Part shown: positions 37,168-49,700 of the stretch, piece by piece
How the letters are laid out: each line of letters starts with the position of its first letter
How positions within the stretch are numbered: position 1 is the stretch's first letter
Assembly (NCBI GenBank): GCA_038496445.1
Contig: JALMLS010000062.1
Location: 1-64,000, forward strand
Origin: Trichosphaerium sp. ATCC 40318
Lineage: Eukaryota; Protista; Tubulinea
Reading direction: 5' to 3'
DNA: 64,000 nt
Notes under the pieces: generated by a model
The model's input: only the letters and a program-made list of their open reading frames with translations
What the model was told of the DNA's origin: nothing
Databases searched by the model: none
Position numbers and translations under genes: made by a program

Positions 37168-39261
37168 ATGTTGGTGATAGGGATTCGTTCCTTCTCCCCT
37201 CACCTTTCTACCGATAGATCTCGTCGGACTTTGCATGAAATTCAGTTTGCCCCTAGGCGAACGTCTCTGAAGCTATCAGCGCATAGAAAACCAAGAAAAA
37301 TAACACCTGCCCCTTCTAGACGAGCTTTTGTTTCATGTTCATTTTCCTCCTCAGGAAGCCTCAGTAGCGCCACAAGAGATACCTCACCCTTTGGTAGCTT
37401 GCCTTTCGATGTTGTATTCGATGTTATAAGCTATTTGAGCGTAAAAGAAACTCTAAACGTCAAACAAGTACGCAAATTTTTAAATAATACGAAAAAAAAA
37501 TAGTTGCGTCATATTACGCATCTGCTTTGGGGGGTGTTAAAATACTTGACGGCTAAATATTTATTTTTTGGAAACTGACATACGCCTTCAATTTATGCTG
37601 TTAATATTACCCTAAATATATTTTTATTAATACCTTACAGGTAAATAAGCGCTTTTATCTGATATTAGAACACCACACAATTTGGCACATGTTATTTCAT
37701 ACACACTTCCCTAAAAAGCTCAGAAAGCAACGTTTTACGAAGAACACAGTAGATTTAGACTTTCAAAAATTATGTAAACAAATGGGTGCGGAAAATAGTA
37801 AAATTTTTTTTTAAATGGCTCTGTGGGCTTTTCAATCACCTTTTCTGTTCCCTACACAGTCGTGAAAATCACACGAGGAGCGTATCGGAAAATACAAAAC
37901 AAGGCAAAGGCGGAGAAAACAATTCCAATTTGAAGTTTTTTGATTTTTTTTTTTCAACAAAAAAAAAAAGCCTGTAATTGAATTGTAGGCCTACTGCGGT
38001 TCTTCTTATACCTTTCTTTATTACTTACAAATTTATTTAAACAGTATGTGATGCTCCAAATACAAGTAACAGCCTTCGCGCTCGGCCTATCTTAGATGTC
38101 ATGTTCTATTACTGTCGTGTTGGTGAACGTATGCTGGGCGAGAAGACAGAGCGATTGATGAGTCCAACTTCTCGCGTGGTACGTTTTTTTTTTTGTTTAC
38201 GACGTTTTGCAGTTTTTGAACGCAAACATTTCTCTGGATCTATTTAATACGCCTACAATAACCTTAATTTAGTCGTAGTGCTCTTTTATTAATTTTTGTA
38301 GACTTTGTTTTTCTTTTTTTTTTTTTTGGTTTCAATTGCTTACGTTCTTCTTTAGCCTAATATCTTTCCTGGACTCAACTTCTATGTAACTACACGGTCA
38401 TTTAGACAAGCACAAACAATTAAGCTTTTAATTCTGCACGCCAATAACGAGTACTACACATGCCTTCAACAGTGGGGTGGTATTCCACGAGGTACAACGC
38501 CAATTAAAGCATTCATATGGCCGGACGAGTATAAATGTAGCTTTAACAATGATACGTTTTTAACTTTTGATGACGAGACGGATATCACTTCTATAGCCCA
38601 ATTACCTCATCTTAAAACATTCCCACTTCACCAGACAATACATAAATGGCTTTTGCTTTACGCGAGACTTGGGATTTTGCATGGTTATTTCGCCCAAAAA
38701 ATATTTCAGCTACTTTGCGCTATACACACGCCCACAGGTGGTAGTTATGCTTATCGATACCCAAACAAATTCTATACTGCAGAAGCTTTGAAGAACCCTG
38801 ATTTAAAGATTTTCACGTGTTCCAAAACTCTTTTTAAAAGCACACAGCAGGCATTGGATAAAGAAACAGATCATTATTATTTCAAGCAAGCAAACGGTAA
38901 GTTTTTGTAGAGTAGGAAGCTGTTGGACCAAAAGAGCTATTACAATCTTTTTTTTTTGCAGTTTTTCTCAGTCTGAATGAAAAAACGTTTTTACGATAAT
39001 TTTTTTGTAGATCAGCTTTATTTGTAAGCCCAAAGTTTTATTTTGCCTACACTATAGCGTTATTCTTGTGTCTAACCTTTTTTTGTTTTAACAGGTAAGC
39101 TCGTTATTAAACTATACTGGTTTGACTCTATTGGAAGAGATGGTTGGTATGGTGGATATGATAAGCACCTTTGGCGTCTTACGTTAACGGTTACGCGTAA
39201 ACAATGGACTTTTGATAAAACTTCGATTTGGCACTTTCGCCGACGAGGTTTACACATGTAG
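37168..39261 (+). CDS. F-box protein with uncharacterised C-terminal domain
   Basis: FGSLPFDVVFDVISYLSVKETLNVKQ|VNKRFYLILEHHTIWHMLF is a typical F-box. Start codon is uncertain. Confidence 0.75.
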
Positions 39262-40091
39262 ATTAACGACACATACACTCACACACATTTTGCTTGGTTC
39301 AAGCAAATAAAAAAAAAAACGAACAAAACGAAAAAGAAAAAGTACCTCCGACTGTCGACAATACCAGACGCGTTTTCTGTTTATTGTAATTTCTGGGATA
39401 TAACTTTACGCGTTTTCAGCCGGATTTGTATTTCTGTTTTCATTGAGGTACATTAACGATGTTTCTTCTTTGGCCTGGCAGGGACGTCTCGCTCTTGCCG
39501 CCAAAAAAGAAATAAAAAAAAAAAATCACACACCCAACCCCTTCACGGGATAACGACGATTGTAAATAAAATTTGCTATAATATTACTACCAGGGTATTC
39601 GTTTTGTTCTCCTTGTACAAAATAGGGCGAATTAGTTTATGTGTCACACAATGTATCGTTCAATGTGTTTTATTTTTTCTGCCTTTTTGCTGTCTTTTTT
39701 TAAGGTGGGCCGTAGAGGCTTGTATTTGTATTTGTAGTTTAGTCGTACATGACATCAACATTGTTGGCAAAGTGCACTATTTATTTTTAACACAAACCAC
39801 GGATAAGGTTCACCTTCATTTTGTCACGTGCGATAATGTCAGGAAAGCGTACTCTCGTATTCTTGAAAGTGTAGGCATGTTTGAGTTATCCTGATATCGT
39901 AGGCAGTGGGAGTACTCGTTACTCGAAAAAAACTACTACAACACGTGATGAGCCTAAGCCGTTTCGCAGTACAAGCTTTGGCTCTAGTGTTTAAAGTATT
40001 AAAAGGCGAGTATTGACAAATAGAATCTTTTCATTGCGACAACAAATACTCAAGCCAGAGACTATTTTAAACTAAAAGGCGAATTTATTGT

Positions 40092-41213
40092 TTATTCGTT
40101 ACCACTTGCCCATGCCTGACTACTACCGATGGAGATTAATCTACTGCGCCCGTATCCAACAGCAAAAACTTGTGTATAGTGGTCTCCTGATCCAATGTGC
40201 CAATTACCAATCAATCCATTACCATTATTTCCACTTACATATGTCCACTGGTTGTTCACTAACTTCATCGTTTGCGAATGACCGTTATGATTAATAACCA
40301 CAACAGAATCAGTAGGTGAAAATGAAGACACGTCAAAGTCTCCAGCAAGGAAGCGATCGCTAGCCTGAATGTACCACGAACCGATAAGACCTCCATGTCC
40401 GCCTTCTGCATAAACAAACTTTTTGGTGTTTCCATCAAATCTCATAGTATGATGCCATCCGTTTGGGTTTAAAGCTAAGAGATCCTCAGCTGGAGCATTA
40501 TAGAAGCTTCCTACAACGTAATGGTCGTTTGAATTGATCACCCACCAGTATATTTGTCCTGTTGTTGTACTTGATAGGATATCCCAGTTATTTGTAATTC
40601 TGTTATATTTCATCACGTGACACCCACTGGATTTAATGAGAGCGACGTATGTTGAAGGATTAGGGTTGATTACTTCGAACATGCCCGAAATAAGCTTATC
40701 TGAAGAAGAAATGTCGCCGTTCGATGCGTATTGTATTTGTGTCCAAGTGAAGCCATCAACATTGAATTGAGGGGTATATTCGAGCTTGAGAGTTGCGTAT
40801 CTACCGTCAGGGTTTGCTGCGAGTAGAGATTTACGTCCTGCACTATCGAAGTATCCTGAGACATATTTGTCGTTCCACTTTGTTGGCCATGAACCGATTG
40901 ACATTCCCCCGCTTTCCGCAGCTCGCCACTCCTTTGTAGCATCGTCGATGTAAGCTAACATCCACTTTTTACCAGGCTTTATAAACAGAGTGAAAGCACC
41001 GTGGTTGGTGGAAGAGAGGTATTCCATTGGAATGAATTTATCTCCTGAACCAACATTCCATGTTATAGTTGTATATGGTCCGTTCGGGTGAAAATACCTT
41101 TGGTATCTCTTTGCCACAATCTGGTTACCACTTGCGTGTGTTTGCCAGTAGCCATAGATACTTGTAGTAGCACATAAGAGAATTAGGAGGGGTATACAGA
41201 CGTGTTGCTTCAT
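40092..41213 (-). CDS. Intronless secreted repeat protein (FG-GAP/VCBS-like beta-propeller, lectin-like)
   Basis: Signal MKQHVCIPLLILLCATTSIYG. About six repeats IG(S/N)W...D(K/H/R)(F/Y)..G.F...LLA.NP.G, including DRFLAGDFD. Single exon of 373 aa. Confidence 0.85.
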   Translation of the reverse strand: MKQHVCIPLLILLCATTSIYGYWQTHASGNQIVAKRYQRYFHPNGPYTTITWNVGSGDKFIPMEYLSSTNHGAFTLFIKPGKKWMLAYIDDATKEWRAAESGGMSIGSWPTKWNDKYVSGYFDSAGRKSLLAANPDGRYATLKLEYTPQFNVDGFTWTQIQYASNGDISSSDKLISGMFEVINPNPSTYVALIKSSGCHVMKYNRITNNWDILSSTTTGQIYWWVINSNDHYVVGSFYNAPAEDLLALNPNGWHHTMRFDGNTKKFVYAEGGHGGLIGSWYIQASDRFLAGDFDVSSFSPTDSVVVINHNGHSQTMKLVNNQWTYVSGNNGNGLIGNWHIGSGDHYTQVFAVGYGRSRLISIGSSQAWASGNE

Positions 41214-42144
41214 TTGTCTTGAGCCTTTTTGTTTACGTTCTTGCTGTTTTTGAACATGTGATTTTTCATTTTTAGCGCACAATCAGTGATTACTTCACGT
41301 GAAAGATGTCTCGAGAAAAAAACGTGTCAATTACTTTTGGGAACCTTGTAGGAGTTTCAGCCCAAAAAGTCGCATCTGTCAAGGTAAATGGGGGAAGACT
41401 TTAGGCAAGTGGAAATTTACATGCTTGTATTTTTGCGAAACACAGTGTTCTTACATTTATCGGGGTTTTTGGAATGCGTTCCACATTGAGTTTTGGGTAC
41501 TCAGTCTACGACTCCAAAAAGTAACTGGGTAAGGATACTTTGGTCTGGAAGGTGGCTGTCTATAATAGACATTCCAGGGGTTGTAGAAATTAGCAAAAAA
41601 TACGTTCACAGATTCAAAGAAAACAGAACGCGGACGTAAAAAGTTAGGATGCTTTAGAGGAAAAGATCTTGCAACTTTTGTCAGAATAGTAAGCGGGTAA
41701 AAAAAATACCCTTTTCTTTCGTGACAACTACAAACCGTCAACACGATGGATGGAAACTTGCAGATATCTGTAAATTCAGCATTTATTTTTGAGTTAAATT
41801 CAAAGACTGTCTAATTTTAGCTAGAGTGAACTATTCAAACATCTTGTGTTGGCCTTAGGATGTACTACCAAAATGCTTTACGCTCTATAGAATAGTTGTT
41901 TGTTCACTTACATTTCTATTCATTCAAATCTACTTTCTTGTCCCCAACATGTAGGAAGACTTTGCTTTTTATTAATTCATGGGATGGGAAAACACCCGCG
42001 AAGAATGAATAGAGGTGTAAGCGTCGTTTGGTGGAAAAACAAGCACCTCATGGAAATCACGTGAAAACGTAAAAAAGAAAAAACACTAGATACTGCATTT
42101 ACAACGTAGTGCAGTTTCTGAAGTTTTTTATTTGGCTACCTAGT

Positions 42145-42860
42145 TTAGAGCATACCACCGTCAACACCGAAATGAGCTGAAGTAATAAAGTTACTATTGT
42201 CAGACATAAGGAAAATAATCATCTGAGCAATTTCACCATTGTAAGAAGTCTCTTTCATTGTCTTTGCGTTACTAAAAAAGAGTGTTACAACAAAAAGGAG
42301 GTCGTGTGAAACTAAACAACACGTACCCTGTACAGCCTTAAAAGCTTCTTCAGGCATGCCACCACCAAAGAGATCAGTTTCGACAGGTCCAGGACGAATT
42401 GAGTTAACGCGAATACCTACTTCGGCTGTTTCTTTTGCAAACATTACGAAAATCGTCACGTGTTGTGTCTAGTAAAATTAGAACTCGCCCTTGTCATAGC
42501 ATCTACGGCATCTTTGCTAGCTGCATATGAAGAGAATCCAGAATACGCTAAAGAATGAAAATATGTAAAACGAGTATGTTAATGACACTACCAGTTCGAA
42601 AGTGCGCTTCCGTAATGCGCATGAACTATTGTTTACAATGCTACCTTGTGGTTGCTGCTTCTTCATCTGCTCAATTTGGTACTTATTTCAAAGATAAGTG
42701 CCCTCAATATTAACAGGGTAGATCTTCTAATCATCCATGTAAACAAGCGTTCGTTTCAAAGAACAAACTAGGACTAGCAGACGTACATCAGGTTGCTCTT
42801 CAGCAACACTGTCAATTAGTGTAACGCCACCGTAAATTCCATCATTGTTGAACTGAAGTA
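42145..42860 (-). pseudogene. Truncated short-chain dehydrogenase/reductase pseudogene
   Basis: FNNDGI (degenerate NNAG), GSIVNNSS, YAASK, GIRVNSIRPGPVETD and VDGG are present. There is an in-frame TGA at 42688-42690 and no N-terminal TGxxxGIG exon before the next gene. Confidence 0.7.
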
Positions 42861-43103
42861 GCACCGGTGACTTGGAAATCAACGGATGTTGTATCATAAA
42901 GCCAATAATACAAATACTATGCGTTACAATCAAGTAGAAAAGAGGCAATTCCTCCGCTCAAAACTCAAAATAACATGTGTCAAAATACAAGAAGCAAATA
43001 AACTATGTCCGGACAAATAACAAATTAAAATGAAGAAAAAAAGAAGAAAAAAAACCACATGATTGCTTAGAATCAACGAAACTATGAACAAGTTGAATGT
43101 TTA

Positions 43104-44982
43104 TTAGATCGCAATGAGTACAAGAATGATGATCGAAATAACGTTGGCAATGATACGGGTTGTAGTACTTGGAGGAGCAGTACCTCCCATTGGAGAAACA
43201 GGTCCAGCGGTAGGCATATCAGTAGTCGTTGAATTACCTCCAGTTGGTACAGTTGTATTTGACATGCCTGTTGGCGATTCTACAGCCATTGGTGCTTGTG
43301 GTTCTTGGCTTGGAGCGTCAGTTGGGGCCTCAGTTGGAGGAGGAGGGCAAAACCATGGATCGTTTTCAATGACAATAAGAGATGACGTTGTATTGCAGTC
43401 TTCTGGCATTCTTTCGCTTTGAGTTGCTACCTAATATCAAGCTTTAGTATAAACTCTTTGGCTCTTTTTTGTAAAGAGTACGTACTATTCCAAATCCACA
43501 AGGAGGTACAGATACAAACGTGATATCTGGATGTGTTGCGAGGTAGCCGCTATCATATTCTTGCTCAGTTACAGTTCCATTAGCTGATATGACTGCAACA
43601 TGAGTTTCGGTATCGTTATCATGAACATAGGCAACAATAAAAGCGCTTTTTGGAGAGTATCCATTTGTTATTGAGTAGGTTGAAACGACATGCTCATTGG
43701 AGATATTGTGCTTTCCAAGAATTGTAAAAGTTCCATTTTCCGCGCAATCAACAGTAAACCGTACAAGTCTTAGTCGTGTGGTAGCAGGTTTTACCCCAAC
43801 TACGGATCCATACAGCAGACCATATTGACCTGAAGCAGCATCGTATGCGAGGTCCATAACGTTAGAAATTTCTTCAGGCGATACATCGAGTAACACAGTG
43901 TCCTCGAAAGCCTGTAAAGAAAATTAGTTACAAACAAAGCTTCATTTTGTTGGCGTACGTTCAAGTCAGTTGTTATGTCTGTTGCTGTAACAAGTACTTC
44001 TCCTTTGGCACCCGTACTCGATGTTTTAAATGCTACTACAACGCAAGTTCCACCAAGAGCCATAGTACTTCCGTCTGCGGATAACATGGATGCTATAAAA
44101 AAAACACGTTAGCTTTTTTTACAGTTTTCACAAACAAATCTTACCTGGGTCACCAATTTGTGTTTGACCATTTTTTGAGTTGATAACAAAGGGAAGTAGA
44201 GAGTATTCGGTTAACGCAACGTATAAAGTTGAAATAGGTTCGTAAATAAAGCCAGCTGATACAGGGTCACCCATAGGTAACGTAATAGCCTCAGATACGT
44301 AAAAGAAAGGCTGTTTAAAACAGTTAGAAATAAAAACAAGGCAACATCACAAAACCGCATACTGGAGAAGCTGTGTCGTTAAAATGAACGAGACGCATTT
44401 CACACTGTGCCGCGTATCCTCGCTTGAACACACTATTCTCACAAGCCAATATTGCGAACTCGTTATCTCCATGTAGAACTCCGACAGGGTAAAAAGCGCC
44501 ACCAGGTCTAACAGTGAACGTTGTTGCGTTTCCTGCAGCAATATCTAAAAAAGATGAGGTTTTTGAAAAGAAACTGTGTCACGTGTTATTTTTAATGCTT
44601 TGATCTATTACGTACCATTGTGGCTTCCTAGTACGATAGAGTACCCATCATTGATTTGAGGCACTTGAGAGCGCTTGTTTTGTGTCGGTGGGTTTGTCGA
44701 TGGCATTTTAATGTCTGTCTTGAGCTCTGAAACAACAATAACTGTTTGACCGAAACCTTGTATGTCTCCAACAGCAACATAAGGGCGCCCAATATTCTCG
44801 TTGTAACTGCTGTTGAGTAGAGGCTCTACATATAGCTCTCGGAGGTCGGCCCACTGATTAAAACCCTTTGCAGCGTGCACTGTAGAGTGTTAAAATTAGA
44901 ACAAAGAAGCTCTAGATACAACAAACAACGTACCCGAAAAGATGAAGGCAAAGAAGCAAATGATAATTGATAATTTAATCAT
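43104..44982 (-). CDS. Cell-surface glycoprotein (signal peptide, beta-rich ectodomain, Pro/Thr stalk, C-terminal GPI/TM signal)
   Basis: MIKLSIIICFFAFIFS; many NxS/T sites; PPPPTEAPTDAPS stalk; terminal IIANVISIIILVLIAI*. Confidence 0.75.
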
Positions 44983-45157
44983 GGATACGTGTATTTGCTG
45001 GTATGTTTTTTGAGATTATAATTATGGTTTTGTGTTAAACTATGTGAATTTTTTTTTTGATTTGTGTACAAGTTTAGATTACTACAATTCATGTTTCTGA
45101 TATGCTGTCGGTTAAAAATGACATAAAGAGGATAATGTTATAACATGAAGAGTACAT

Positions 45158-46563
45158 CTAACCGAATTTACGCATTAAAGGCTTTAAAAAATTGTTAATA
45201 AACCAAAAGTACATCATAGCCGCTAATATCCCGTAAATCAGTGTCTTTTTCCATTCTGATGATTTATCTTCTTTCTAAAAGCAAAATACCAAGTTAACAT
45301 AGAAAAAGTGTAACAAAAATCTTATGAGCATTATGAGTTTTGTGTACAGCTCAACAAAAAAAAAAACGAACAAAAATTTTATCACGTACCACTTCTCGAA
45401 GTAACTCTGCTAAATCATAATTAACAACTCCTTTTTTTTCATCTAAATCTAATAACGTTTCATTCTGCATCTCTTCTATCATATGCTTTGGTCGTATCTT
45501 AATTAAGAAGCAATTAGAATCAGACAACCACGTGTTTGCAAAAAAGAAAAAAAAAGATTTGTCTACACCATTGCTTCTCTGTGGTCTTTTTTCTTTTTAG
45601 TTGTATCGTACCTCTATATTAATTGTAGCTACTGCATTTACAAGAGGAATAAAGTGTCCCCATGTAATCTCTTTCATGTAATCCTCATTTGTAACTATCC
45701 ATTGAATAGCTTTTTTAACTTGAAGGTAGAACATCCCTGTAATCTCATCGAAATCATCCTCATTACCGAAAAGAATAGACTCACAAGCAGGCTGACATAA
45801 ATATCATAAGTATAATGAAATAAAAAAGGTCATCAGCAGCGTGCTAGACGAGCTTTGAACCAAACAAAAAAAGGAAAACTCTTTAAAACACGCATTGCGT
45901 GTCAAATAAAAATTTTTTCTACTGCGTACACTATCTATCGCTTCTTTAACAACATCCCACACATCCAATTTTGATAACGATTTAAGAAGTTCAAAATCTA
46001 TTTCGACGTTGTCTTTGGCACCACGTTGTCTAGGTGGTTTTTTCTACAAGTGGTTGGTCAAAAGGCATGTGTGTGCTTTTATAAAGCGATATGGAAAGGA
46101 TAGTTGCGTACAACAATCTTGGTAAACAGTAAAAAGCTCAAAAGCTCTTGTGGGGGTTCTCGACGCGTTTTGCAGTATGGAGCGACGTATTCTACGCGTT
46201 TGAATTAATTTGATGTTGTCTGTGGTTCTTTTCTTTGTTGGACAATGTGGGATGTACCTGTAAGCCCTTTGATCGTTTTGGGTAACTTTTCTGCGCCTTC
46301 CGCTCTCATTTTGAGAATCACGTTGTCTATGCAGCAACGCGCGTACGCTACCCACATGGTATCTTCAGGGCCTTCTAAAAATTATGTAAATCGTACAACA
46401 AACAAAATAAGCTCCAAACCTTCTTCATCATCGGATAGAGGCTCAACAAGATCACTAAATTCATCTATTACGTGTTAATTTGGTATTTTTTGACCAGTCA
46501 TCGAATACCATCTGACAACTCTACCTCCTCCTCTAAAATCGGTTCTGACATATGCTCGCTCAT
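45158..46563 (-). CDS. Unknown protein, acidic N-terminus, C-terminal TM (tail-anchored)
   Basis: MSEHMSEPILEEEVELSD...; last exon WKKTLIYGILAAMMYFWFINNFLKPLMRKFG*. Splice sites are consistent. Confidence 0.55.
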
Positions 46564-46791
46564 TTTTGAAACACAAGTGCCGTTACATAGGCAGTTTGGG
46601 AGTTTTGTACAAATTTCGTGCGGAAATTAGTGGACTTTCGCATTGGCTTGTTGGCGCTGCTACTGTACATCATAACATTCAATTTCTAGGTCATATTATC
46701 GTTTCATATCGTAGTTGATTATTAGCCGTTACATCTTTCACGCAAACTGTACTATAAACGTCGAAATATCATTCAATCGCTGTTATAAACG

Positions 46792-49700
46792 ATGTCTACG
46801 CGAAAACAAGTTGGTACTGGATTTTTTTGGAAATGCTGTTACGCTAAACTATCATAGAGCTCAAACTCAAGGAGATTAAAACAAAACTAAAACGATGGGA
46901 GGCGGGATTTCAGATAGAATTTGAATCAAAACCAACAAAGGCTGATATTGTCAAAAGGCCCAGAATATGCACGAATACATCACGTAGCGCTATAAAATAA
47001 CGTTTTTTGCAGACAAATTACACAAACACTATGGAGCGCTAAAAAGAAAGCTAATACAAGTAAAAAACAAGCGCAAAGCAAAACAGTCGGGTGCTGGACA
47101 CGAGCTGTCACAGGCAAGCGTTTTATTTTTTTACCGCGTTATCTATTTGCTAAAACAGCCTAGAGTTCAATTCTAAGCGCCAGTCAGGGTGACTTAGAAG
47201 AAGATGACACTTTCATGTCAAGCCAAGGCTTTTCTCAGCCAGTCGAAGAAGAGGTGCATTTCTAACACCTCCATACTAAACCATCCGACCAACTAACGCG
47301 TAGGAGAGCCCTTTCGCGATGTTTTTTGGTTTATCTCAGACACAATCCCAAGACGTTCCTACATACGAAAGCGAGGTTGAACAGGACAACAATGATAACA
47401 ACCTTGACGTACAGAACAATAACGAAGATGATGAAGAATTTTTATTCACAACCAGCAAGCCAAAGACAACAGAACAACAAGGTGAGCCTTCCCTAAACGC
47501 GTTTTTAATTAAACAAGAAAAAAAAAATCTGACTTGATTTCTTTTCCTCTAGACGCCATAACCGATGCAACGCTTGAAACAGGCGCTTCTCAACAACTAG
47601 CGTTCTCTAGTAGCTTTACTAATAATGTATTGTCTACTGATAGTGATAGAGTGGCGGTTGTTTCATCTTCTGATCCTATTGGTGCTAGTATTGTTGATTA
47701 CGCTAGTGATATTGGACCTGATGATTCAATGGATGTTGATCCAAAGTATGTTTATGTTAAGGAATCAAATAAGCAAGTTATACATAATGAAGATGCCCAA
47801 ATGGCGACTACAGCACGTACGATTTCTACAAAGCTCTTTGTTTGAGGGTTTTTTTTATTTTTTTTTGGATTGAGCTCTTCTTTGAGTTGTTGCTTGTCAC
47901 ATGTGATTTTGGTTGTTTTTTCCTAATGGTATATAGCTGTTATTAATAAATATGAATTCAGAGGATGTGTTATTAATATTGGGGATAAGGATAATACAGC
48001 TGGTACTACAAATAAAATCTTTGGGTTTCTTTTATACTAATTTTTTCCTTACAGATTTTGGAAACGCCTTACCTGGTTTTGGAGCTCCTAGTCCTTTTGC
48101 AAGATCGCATGGATTATCTGGTTTGACTAAAGAAAGTATTGAAAAGAGTAATCGTAAACGTAAACGAGAGATTGATGATGAAGAAGAAGTACGAGTTTTA
48201 AAAACCTATGAAATGCTTTTTTTCTTTGGACATTTCTGAACCGTTATTCTGACATATATCAGTCACGTGCACCAAAATATACAAAGAAGGGAGAATCAGC
48301 AAGTGCGTAAATTGGTTTTATGTGTTTGTTCTAGCTTACTAACCTAAATAAATAGCAACTGCAAAGAGAGTTGCAGCTCCAAAGAAGAAGAGACGCTTTG
48401 TAAAAATAAAGAAAAACCAAACAAGAAAGAACTTTGTCAGGATGGATATCAAAGGTGCTTGGAAAGGAAGAGCTGCTGTGCGCTCAGGTGGTAATTGGAA
48501 AAACGCCAAAAAGTACGTAGCACGAAGGAACCACATTAACCTTAAGTTGACCGTAGTGTCATATATCTTCCTGTTCCTAACTGTTGCTTTTTTCCAGGTT
48601 TAACGTTGCTGAAGAGAAGAAAAAAAGGCTTCAAGAAGAAAGTGCAGATAACCCTGTATTTCAAACAAGTACAGTTGTATTTGATAAGTTCCAAGAAGAC
48701 AAACTACACAGATTTTTGGCAGATCACTCACGTAAACCTTTTTATTTTTTTAATTCTCACTTCGACGCTAACAATCTTTTCTTATATAGTCGCGGATGTT
48801 GATTACAGTGTTTCTATGAGTTCTTTTAATGCGCGTGCACGACATGCATACACTCAAAAAGAGCTTGAAGGTCATTTAGAGAAGCATTTTGGATATACCA
48901 CATTCAGGGAAGGACAGCTTAACGCTATTCAAAAAATAATGAGCGGCGAGTCCTCCTTGCTTATTATACCAACGGGTATGCGTTTTAAACTGATATAGTT
49001 GCACCTATGCATTATTTACTACTGTACTAATGCAAACAATAGGTTCTGGAAAGTCGTTGTGTTATCAGTTGCCAACAATTCTTAATGAGAATACTTTAAC
49101 ACTTGTTGTTTCTCCTTTGCTTTCTTTGATGAAAGATCAGCTTAAGAATCTCCCTCCTACACTTAAGGGAGCTTCTCTTAATTCTACTCTCTCGGTACTA
49201 TCAACTAAACTTCAACGTTTGTGCTCACCTTTCCTCTTAGATGCGCGAGTTGAACAGCAACTTGGATAAGCTTCGTGCTGGTGAAATTAATGTACTCTTT
49301 GTATCTCCTGAGCGCCTTGTTTCTCCTGTATTCATTGGCCTTATCAAGACTATAAAAACAAAGATATCTTTTGTATGTATAGATGAGGCACATTGTGTTT
49401 CTCAATGGTCACATAACTTCAGGTACTACAAGACAAAAGCAACTTTCGTGTTTTTCTTTCTTTGTTTCTTCTTTATCAACTGTTTGTTCTGTCCCTTTGA
49501 TCTAACCTCGTTTACAAGGCCTTCGTACTTGCGTATGCGTGCAATCATTAGAGATGAGTTACGTGTTAAAAATATATTGGCATTGACGGCTACTGCCACT
49601 AAAGAAACGGAAGCCTCTATTTGTGATGCTCTTAGCATTCCTGAGGAAAATGTTGTCAGGTACTTCGGATTACCTTGCCATCATAAAAAATTCTAATAAT

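Noticed and set aside
42688-42690. In-frame TGA as selenocysteine or readthrough in the SDR
   Set aside because: The gene also lacks its N-terminal Rossmann exon and has a degenerate NNAG motif, and no SECIS was recognised. A pseudogene is the simpler reading.
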